DNA of 64,000 nucleotides, taken from assembly GCA_023920165.1 (NCBI GenBank), contig CP089279.1, positions 2,170,001 to 2,234,000 of the forward strand, written 5' to 3'. Below are positions 12,297 through 21,777 of this stretch, piece by piece (positions within the stretch are counted from its first letter, which is position 1; each line of letters starts with the position of its first letter). The notes beneath the pieces are model-generated. The model saw nothing but the letters and a program-made list of their open reading frames with translations. It did not search any database and was not told where the DNA came from. The stretch comes from Curvularia clavata (taxonomy: Eukaryota). The position numbers and the translations under genes were made by a program.

Positions 12297-12830
12297 ACTC
12301 CACTAGGCGTGTCCGATGCAGAGTAGATATCCAAAAGCGCACGGAAATATGATTCATATGAACATTGCTCGTCGCCCGTGACATGTGTGGTTCAACTGCA
12401 TTGTTAGGATAGTGACGTGTGTTGGTAGCCTTGCGCAATCGGGCCCCTGGCCTGGGCGGAGGCGCGGGAGCGGGCCCATAGGATCGGCGGCGCCTAGCCA
12501 GGGACAAGACGACGTGCCGGTGCCAGGGCGTGCCGGACGCCGATGAAACTGTCTCGCACCACGTCGACGACGTTGTGTTCTGTACACTCTTGTCCTACCT
12601 ATTGCAGAACTTCTCTTTCACCTGTTCACGCTTGCAACTGTGCCATCATCGCATTTGACGGCTGCTGCAACTACACTCAGAACTCACATACGTCTCAATG
12701 CTAGGTTCAATATAACTAGGGGCTTCACGCTCGCGCCATTCCCACGTAGCCTGGCCGTTGCTGCCGCATGCAATACCGTATCTTTTTCTTCTCTGTAGCG
12801 CCTTTTTTGAACTGAAATAGTTTCACCAAC

Positions 12831-15806
12831 ATGGCTCCGTACGAGGCCCATGAGATGCGCCGCGGCAAGTACGCGAAGCTCGATGCGCCCGTGGACGATG
12901 ACGTCGAAACCCCCATGCGATTTTCGTACGATTCCAACGGAACCTTAGAAGACCTCGAAGAGCACGATCCCCTTGCTTTCGATAGCAAGCTGAAGCGCAA
13001 GAAGAGCGCTGGAGACCTCAAGGTCAGGAAAGCATCGTACCGGGATAGTGAGGCTGCGACGCCTGCCCCCACTCGACAACGAAAACGCAGATGCGCACCG
13101 GGACGCTGCTGCTGCTGGTTGCTTGTATTCATTGCAGCCACTGTTCTGCTTCTGGCGACCGGTGGAATATGGGCATATAAGGTGTCAGTGCCGGAGGATG
13201 GGAGGAGCCCGCCGTGGTATCCTTCGCCAAAAGGTGGAACAGATAAGGCATGGGAGGAAAGCTATAAAAAGGCGGCTGAGCTGGTCAAGCAGATGACACT
13301 GCCTGAAAAGGTCAACATCACAACGGGTACGGGATGGAGCATGGACCTTTGCGTGGGCCAGACTGGGCGCGTGGATAGGTTAAAGTTTCCCAGTCTGTGT
13401 CTTCAGGTATGCGTCATCCCAGACACAACGCTAGGTTTGTGCTAATTGCTCATTCAGGACGGCCCACTGGGAATTCGATTCGCTGATAACATTACTGGTT
13501 TCCCTGCTGGCATCACCACTGGTGCAACATGGAGCAAGGAGCTCTTCTACCTACGCGGAAAGGCACACGGCAAGGAGGCACGGTTAAAAGGCGTCAATGT
13601 CCTGCTTGGCCCTGCAATGGGTCCTCTCGGCCGAATGCCTGCGGGTGGTCGTAACTGGGAAGGATTTGGTGCGGACCCGGTGCTCCAGGGCATTGCCGCA
13701 GCAGAGACAATCAAAGGCATTCAAGAGGAGGGCGTCATGGCGACCGCAAAACACTACGTTGGAAACGAGCAAGAACATTTCAGACAAGCGTGGGAGTGGG
13801 GTCTACCTAACGCCATCTCCAGCAACATCGATGATCGCGCTCTGCACGAAATCTACGCGTGGCCATTTGCCGACTCTGTCAAAGCTGGTGTAACATCTAT
13901 CATGTGTTCATACAACCAGGTAAACTCGAGCTATGCTTGCCAGAACTCGAAACTGCTCAACGGAGTTTTGAAGGATGAGCTTGGTTTCCAAGGCTTCGTT
14001 CAGAGTGATTGGTTGGCGCAGCGTTCTGGTGTAGCCAGCGCTTTGGCAGGTTTGGACATGACGATGCCTGGAGATGGGCTCAGATGGGCAAAGGGTAACA
14101 GTTTGTGGGGTGCGGAACTCACCAGGGCGGTTCTGAATGGCAGTGTACCTATTGAGCGCGTCGATGACATGGTCACTCGTGTCGTAGCATCCTGGTATCA
14201 AGTCGGTCAGGATAAGTGGAAAAACGACGGACCAAACTTCTCTTCCTGGACGAACGATCGCATTGGTAAGCTCCACGAAGGGAGCCCCTCGAATCACGAG
14301 ATGGGTGTGGTCAATCAGTATGTCAACGCTCAGGGAGAAGGAAAGGAGGCGCATGGCCATCTAGTGCGTCGCATTGCGGCAGAAGGCACAGTTTTGGTCA
14401 AGAATGAGGAAAAGGTGCTACCATTGAATCGCAAGGGCTGGAAGACTGACGGCAAGGCCAAGACAAAGTTCCGAGTTGGCATCTTTGGCGAAGACGCCCG
14501 TCTCCCTCATGATGGCATCAATCACTGTCCCGACCAGAGCTGTAATGAGGGAACTTTGGCTTCAGGCTGGGGCTCTGGTGCGGTCAACTTCTCGTATCTG
14601 GTCGAACCCGTATCTGCCATCAGAGAGGCTTTTGACAATGAGACTGTGTACGTCACAGACTGGCTCGAGAACAAGCTTCCCACGGAAAAACAGATTCTCG
14701 AAGATCAGGACCTTTGCATTGTCTTCGCCAATGCTGATTCAGGAGAGGGCTATGAGCACTACGGAAACATCCGTGGTGACAGGAACGATCTCAACTTGCA
14801 AAAGGGTGGTGCCGAGCTCATCAAGAATGTTGCCAAAGACTGCGGTGAGGGTATGGGTGACGTAGTCGTCGTTATCCACACAGTCGGTTCCGTTATTCTC
14901 GAAGATTTCATCGACATTATGAACGTCAGGGCAGTACTCATTGCCAATCTTCCCGGCACAGAGTCTGGCAACGCCATCGTAGATGTACTTTTTGGCGACG
15001 TTAACCCGTCTGGACGCCTGCCATATACTATTGCAAAGAAAGAAGACGACTTTGGTCCAGGCAGCAAGGTCAAGTATCTCCCTAGCCCATCCGATGGTCT
15101 TGCCCCTCAACAGGATTTCTCCGAAGGTCTATATATCGATTACCGCCATTTCGATAAGCAAAACATCACGCCCCGATATGAGTTCGGTTATGGTCTCTCG
15201 TACACGCAGTTCGAGCTATCTTCGCTTCTGATTGAAGAGAAGGGTGCAAAGACCCCTTTACCCAAGCCCCGCCCTGACGGTTTGACTCCACCGACCTACT
15301 CCACCGACCTGCCAGACCCTCAATCAGTCCTGTTTCCAGAGGGCTTCAACAAGGTCGAGCGATACATCTATCCCTGGCTCGATTCAGCTAAAGACATCAA
15401 GAAATCTGATCCCTCGACGCCCCAACCCCCATCCCCACATAGCGATGCAGGCGGCGGTCCAGGCGGTAACCCAGATCTCTACAACACACTCCTCACCGTC
15501 TCGGTATCTCTCCAAAACACGGGATCCCTGGATGGTTCCTCCGTCGTCCAGCTCTACATTTCCCTGCCACAAAACTACAAAGACCACGAGACGGGCGAGC
15601 CAGTGGACTTCCCTGTCCGCGTGCTACGCGGCTTTGAGAAAGTGCATCTGGAGAAGGGCAAAGGAAAGCTCGTGCAGTTTGAAGTGACGAGAAGGGATCT
15701 GAGTTATTGGGATGTCAAGAGGCAGAATTGGGTGCTGCCGAGTGGAGAGATTGGGATTGCGGTTGGGTTTTCAAGTCGTGATTTGCCGCTTAAAGGGAAG
15801 TGGTGA
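12831..15806 (+). CDS. GH3 beta-glucosidase with N-terminal cytoplasmic tail and TM anchor (BglE-like; intron ~13407-13458)
   Basis: SLCLQ|DGPLGIR, GGRNWEGFG, KHYVGNEQE, FVQSDW nucleophile, YIDYRHFD, Fn3-like LRGFEKV; TM segment WLLVFIAATVLLLATGGIW. Confidence 0.92.
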
Positions 15807-16050
15807 GGACAAGTGGAATCGTTAGACTTTTGCGGGGAAGACAGGGAGGAACAAGAGGGTGTTTTGGGCGTTGTTTTCACTCATTTACTTTCTCTTTGTT
15901 GTCACAGTGACTCGAGGATTTGGGCGTTGTGCTGAGTCTATCATTTTTCTACTTCAGCATGATTGTAGTTTATATACAGAATCGGAGATCTTTTCTAGAC
16001 TACTGCTTCTTCCTCCTTGCTTTCTAATATGCCGGAATTGGTACCTCTTT

Positions 16051-17249
16051 TTACAATTCACTCTTCTCCTCTTCCGCCACCGGCCTCTTCCCCTGCGCAA
16101 AGAAAATCGTCCGGAACAGCTTATTGCCCCCGAATTCCATGTAATACTTCTCCTTCAGCACAACCACATCGACGTCCACGAAGCCTGCATCTGTGAAAAT
16201 TTTCCTGATACCGGCTTCCGAGAAATTGGGGACCACAATGGAAGCGTGCATTTTGCTGTTTGTCGCAGAAGATGAAGCATCTGGTGATTCTTTTGCATGG
16301 TGGTCGTGACTGTGACCAGAATGGGAAGCATGGCCATGATCATGATGGTGGCCGTGACCATGATGATGTTTATGTCCATGCTTATGCACCGCATGATTTC
16401 CCTCACTCCCCTCAATCATCTTCCCTTCCTCATCCGCAAGCAGATCCCCTCCCTCGAGAAAATCATTAATTACCAGTACGCCGCCAGGCCTTAGTCTCTG
16501 CTTCAGCTGCCGCGCGGCAAACGTTGCGTCTTCGAAGTGGTGGAAGCCGAAACCTACAGCAGCCAAATCGTAGTTCCAGAATTGAGGACCGGAGAGGGTG
16601 GTGGGGGAAGGGTCGGATGCGTCGAGGAGATTGGAGAGAACAGGGGTGATGGTGAGGTGGCTGGGAGAGGATTCGAAGCGGGAGGTGTAGACGGAGAGCA
16701 TCTTGGGGGAGACGTCGATACCGGTGGCGTGGTGGATGTAGGGGGAGAAGATCTAGGATGGGATTAGTGGGGTTCGTTTTGTATGTGGGAAATGTTGAGT
16801 GAATCCCTTCTCTTGTTCGAATTGCGCCAGAGGAAAACATATGTGTTCAAATCGGACGGTGAAGAGTGGGTAGAAGAGAGGAAAATACACACGTTTGTCA
16901 TTAATCCCGTGCCACATGCATAATCGAGCAGTCGGACTTGCTGGCCATCGGCTTTCGTGCTTTCTCCTTTGGCAGTTACATCGCGTAGCGGAATACCGAT
17001 CCAAGGTACATGTGCACGCCAGGCTTCTGTGACACGAAGGTTTACTTTTGCGAATGTAGGATTTGTATCGTACGTGTTCGAGATGGAGCTATACAATATT
17101 AGCATAGTAATCACTGCATTTAGATTCTGTGCCTGGCGAAGCGGAGTTTGGGGGTTCATTTATCGGGATTGGAAAGTTGGGATAGAAAACGAAGAAAGGA
17201 GTGTTTATACGTACTCAAAGTAAACTCGATTGGCATCAGCGTAGCCCAT
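16051..17249 (-). CDS. SAM-dependent methyltransferase with His-rich insertion (3 exons)
   Basis: LLDYACGTG motif I, GIDVSPKML, FHHFED, LRPGGVLVINDF; GT-AG introns near 17090-17214 and 16754-16893. Confidence 0.8.
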
Positions 17250-17823
17250 GGTTCCGGCTTATGGATTGTAGACGTATATGTAGGGGCAGCGCACTGTGAA
17301 ATATCGTAGTAGACTATTGGAACAACGCGGGCAGTAGTGTTTGGATGATGAAGAAAATCAATGCTCCTCTTGTTGTATTTAAGTTCTTTCGTTATGTTGG
17401 GTTGACAGGTGGGGAGTGGGGGCAGAGGTAAAAGTCTCCGGCTTTAGTACCGGAGACATAAAGATACGCTAATGACTGGCACTGCTATTGGTCGAGCATA
17501 TGGAAACTTTATGTGACGCGGAAGGATTTAAAATGGAGACTTTCTTGCGAAGATGACTCAAAGGGAAGGGATGAATTGATTGGGGTTTTCTTCAGGAACA
17601 CGTATGACGTGCAAGATGTCATGGAGACTTTGAGCGTAATGCCTCCGGTTATCGCGTAGAAAAGGCTCATTTCATAGCAGTTTGTAACACCTGCCAGGAA
17701 CTACAGCATGTCGTTATTCAAAAGGACTGAACTTTTAATTGTGACGACTACAACAGATATGTCATAAGCTCGTCCTCGACGGTGGCCTGCTCGTCATGCT
17801 AGCGACTAAAATGACCTAAGGTA

Positions 17824-18775
17824 TTACGAGAACATTCCGCCAATGTGATCCACATGTGTCGACTCATCATGAGTGTTTTGAGTTTGTTCCGATTTCAAAG
17901 CTTGCTGCCGTGCCAGGCCCTCTTCTCTCTTTCTTTGTTTCCTGGCGTCTGCATCTTCCCAGTCCGGTGCGCGTGATGTGCCATGTGGCTGTGTTTTCAG
18001 GAGCCCATCACGAAACCGAGCAATTCGGTCAAGGTTGATCTTGAAGCGTTCATCCGCAAGATTGACCAAGGTTCGCAGGTAGTTTGCATCAACCATAGCG
18101 ATGTTGTCTCCATTTTCGTCTTGGTAGCCTATGATAGCATCGAAGGAATAACCGGCTGATCGGACAGCCACTATAGGATTTGATTCTCCTTTGGTCGACC
18201 CCAGGCTCACGGCACCACTCTCACGGAAACCGGCTGTGAGCGCCGCATTGAGAACATGTTGGGCATCGTCTATGGATGCACTCAGAATATGCAAAATCTG
18301 GTGATTGTTAGAACGTGCATAGTGCAGGCACCACTGATCTCACCATGGGCTCAAATTTGAGATGAATATATCTACTGGACACATTGGGTGCCTCATTCTC
18401 GGCTCTAAACCTCTTCAATCCAAAATCGGGCAAAAAGTCATGGACGACGTCCACGTTTTGGACTGGTTCATGAGAAAGGAAGAGCCATGCGCCCCCGCCA
18501 CCTTTCCCACCAGGTCCAGCTCTTGACTCTTCGCCTTCAGCAGCAGGATCTATGGTGGTGCTGTCTGCTTTGCGGCCTTCTAGGAATACACTGATGCGTC
18601 CTGAGCAGCTGCTGGTTGTGACTAAGCCTTCGAGACGGTTGATTTCGTCAATCAATCCTCGAATTGGAGCATCGACAGAGCCTTTTGGCGACAGGTCATG
18701 GTAGTCGACGTCTGGAGTATCTAGCTGTTCGAGGATTCGTTGCTTGCGAGCCTTGAATCGGGTTGTCATGGTCAT
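17824..18775 (-). CDS. TYW3: tRNA wybutosine-synthesising methyltransferase (intron ~18298-18343)
   Basis: DLSPKGSVDAPI, TTSSCSGRISVF, HLKFEPM|ILHI, AGFRESG. Confidence 0.93.
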
Positions 18776-18968
18776 GGCGGGGCTGTGGTTTGATAGGACG
18801 GACAGAACCCGTGACACCGCGATAGGGTTTTCGCGTTTGTATGCGTCATCGATGGTCAGTGCACGCTTTGACCTCCCAAACAAACTGAACCACTCACAAC
18901 TACTGCAACGTCCTGCAACATCCTGCAGTAGCTCTTGGATACGTTTGTTATTCTTCATTAACGATACT

Positions 18969-21777
18969 ATGCCACGTAAAGCGACTAAAGACACCAACGC
19001 CTCTGCTCCTAGGAGCTCATCTAAGCGCCCTGCGCAGGAAGTCGCGCAGACACAAACAAAGAGAGCAAGGGCGACTCCAAGAAAGTCTTACGTGGAACCG
19101 GACACAGATACGGACGATGTAGAAGATGAGATATTGAGAAAGCCCTCTCCAGGGGAAGAGAAGGACGATGGTGCAGCATCCGACTACGAGGAACCCGGCA
19201 ACAAAGCACCATCGACGGAGTCTGAGCCTGACGAGACCGCTAGTGATGATGATGATGATGATGGTCGCAAGAAACGCAAACCAAGAGGCCGCTCTGCTAA
19301 GAGCCTTCCCATTCATAAGAAAAAGTCTGGCGAGAAAGAGCTATGGAAGCCTGGAGCCAAGCTCGAGCCGGGGATGCAAGTGATCATCAAGAAACCGAAG
19401 GCCCGGGACGCAGGGGACACACCATACCTGGACCACACAATTCATCCGAATACTCTACTCTTTCTGAAAGAATTGGCAGCCAACAATGATCGAAGTTGGC
19501 TCAAGTGTGAGTGTCTTCCCAACATATGTCATGGAGAGAACCGTGGGACCATAGTCGACTAACCATCACGTAGTACACGACCCAGACTTTCGAGTCGCAT
19601 TTCAGGACTTTACGACATTTGCAGAAAAAGTGTCAGAGAAGGTGATTGAAGCAGACGAGACTATCCCGGAGTTACCGGTTAAAGACGTAGTAAGTGCACA
19701 AAATCAGCGTCTTCAATCTGCATATTAACATGCATAGATTTACCGGATATATAGAGGTAAGGACATACTCATATAAAAATTACACGGTGACATTGACACG
19801 CGAAGATATCCGCTTTTCCAAGGACCCGACGCCGTACAAGGTGAGCAGATTTGTATTGCACGAGTGGGATGAGCTTCGTCGGGTTTCCTCGTTTTCGGAT
19901 AAGATACCCCTCGAGTTCTTCTGTGCGCCTTCACGAGAAAAGTGGGATGTACACTGACAGGTGCAGACTTACTTCTCTGCGGCGTGGTCAAGAACTGGAC
20001 GCAAAGGACCCTATGCGCATTATTATGTGCAGGTCCAGCCAAACGGCGGAAGTTTTGTGGGTATGTTGACATTTCTTGTTTCATTGCTCAAGGAAAGTGT
20101 CTAGCTATGAGGTGTCGTGAAACTTGTTCCGGAGCACGGCTTGACCTCGTGGCTATCCTAATCCTTCCCCTGCCCAAGCATGCATATTGTCTGCATGAAT
20201 TCCCGATGGCCATGCGCATATGACCATAATAAACTGGATTTCCATGGGCCGCTTTCTCGCTTGGCCGAGTCTCGCAACCGATACCACATGCTGTAGTGCC
20301 ACAACTGCGTTAGCACCGTCGGACACGGATAAAGCCGGTCGGCGGCTGCCGCACTGAATGCAGCGATATGGACCAGCAACGACAGTCCTGTTGTATCTGT
20401 AGTACGCGGAGGTTTCGCACCGCGCCATTGGGTAGCATTTCCAGTTACACGCGTGCAACATGAAGACAAATGTTGTCGAGCAGTTCGGTCTTCTACGACT
20501 GTCAATGGTGTAACATCTCGGATAGCCTCGAGCGGTTACGGGCCGCACGGTAATGCTGGGTTCGGTGCGCTTCGGCGCGGAAGAAGTCTGCCTGGGTGCT
20601 CATTGTTCCGCATCTCAACCTGGCAGCTATAGTTGATTTCATGACATGGACACGTATGCTAACTTTTCAAGGTGGCGGATATTGGCAGCCAGACGCAGCG
20701 GCTCTTGCTAAGCTTCGACACGATATTGACCGAAAACCACATAAGATCAAATCTGTCCTTAGGAAGGACAGCATCAGAAAAGAGTTTCTGGGAGGCGTGC
20801 CAGACGACGATAGAAAAGCGGTGAAGGCCTTCACGAGCTCATCGATGAACCAGTCGAACGCATTGAAGCGTAACCCCAAAGTAAGTGAGGAACAAATTTA
20901 TGACATTTCGTCCAGAACGGGCAAGGCTTCCAAGGGGGGGATTAAAGTCAGCACCGCGCCTGACGTGTCGGCATTACCATGATTGGCCGACCCTAAGGAC
21001 GGCTAGCAAATACGTTGGCGTTGTCAATAGTTGAGATGGGTGAGATTACTTGGGCATGCGCCATGGCCAGCACAAATAAGCTTTGAGAGATTGTCTCTGA
21101 GCTTCTGCGTTGCAACGCCGTGCCGCAAAGGCGATTAGAGTTTTGAGTCTCCACACAGCCCAAGCAGGCGAGCTGAAGGTTTAGGGTAACAGGTCAGCTA
21201 GTCGGGTGTGCCGCTGTCGACACTTGTTGATGATCAGCGATGAAATGGACGGCGTGCAGTCGGGCTATGCCTGATCAAATTAGCTGACAGGGAGTTCAGG
21301 GATACGATCATGATCACCAAGACATTGAGCTGCTGCGACTCCGCAACTTTACGATTGGACGAAAGATTGAGGACAAGGAGATTGTCGGCTCAGGCGGGTT
21401 GGGTCGAGTCGCGGAGCTCGTGCTCGCAATGGCGCCTTTTGTAAGTTTCTGACTTTGTGTCTGGAGAGTGGACGAGACGAGGCGGTGATTGGGCAGCAGC
21501 TTGAGCAGCTTGTTAGGAACAGCCCTGTAGGGTGCAAGCGACGGTGCTCGCATAGTGCCGGCCAGTCACCCGCGCACCGTAACGAGCAGTCCCTTGACGA
21601 AAGGCATTGGACACGGGAGGTGGCGGCTAACAGTTTGTGCAGATTACGTATCTCAATAGCGTCGTGATGCCCGACGAGGACACGTCAGGCTCGAGCGATG
21701 AGGACAGCGGCGAGGGCGAGGGCGAGAGCGAGGGCGAGGGCGGGGACGACAGCGATGCACAGGATGACGAGGGTTGA
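18969..21777 (+). CDS. DUF2461 (CHP02453) family protein; exons 18969-19506, 19574-19689, 19738-19756, 19806-19840, 19967-20060, 20672-20880, 21300-21440, 21643-21777
   Basis: Spliced translation is continuous and gives FLKELAANNDRSWL, IYRIYRDIRFSKDPTPYK, YYVQVQP...FVGGGYWQP, LKRNPKGYDHDHQDIELLRLRNF; all introns GT-AG with CTAAC/CTGAC-like branch points. Confidence 0.88.
20061..20671 (+). ncRNA. Candidate structured intronic RNA (DUF2461 intron 5, 611 nt)
   Basis: Many by-eye hairpins, including the 12-bp stem 20102-20113/20144-20155 and a C(UUCG)G tetraloop hairpin at 20567-20578; complementarity to intron 6. Confidence 0.5.
20881..21299 (+). ncRNA. Candidate structured intronic RNA (DUF2461 intron 6, 419 nt)
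   Basis: Hairpins gtcggc/gccgac, agctga/tcagct and tgatcag/ctgatca; ~32-bp complementarity to intron 5. Confidence 0.45.

Noticed and set aside
12444..12503. GC-rich inverted repeat between mcsA and the GH3 gene
   Set aside because: A short imperfect stem in very GC-rich promoter DNA; plausible by chance.
21228..21274. TGATGA...CTGA resembling C/D snoRNA boxes in intron 6
   Set aside because: Only ~45 nt apart and better explained as a simple hairpin; no rRNA guide recognised.
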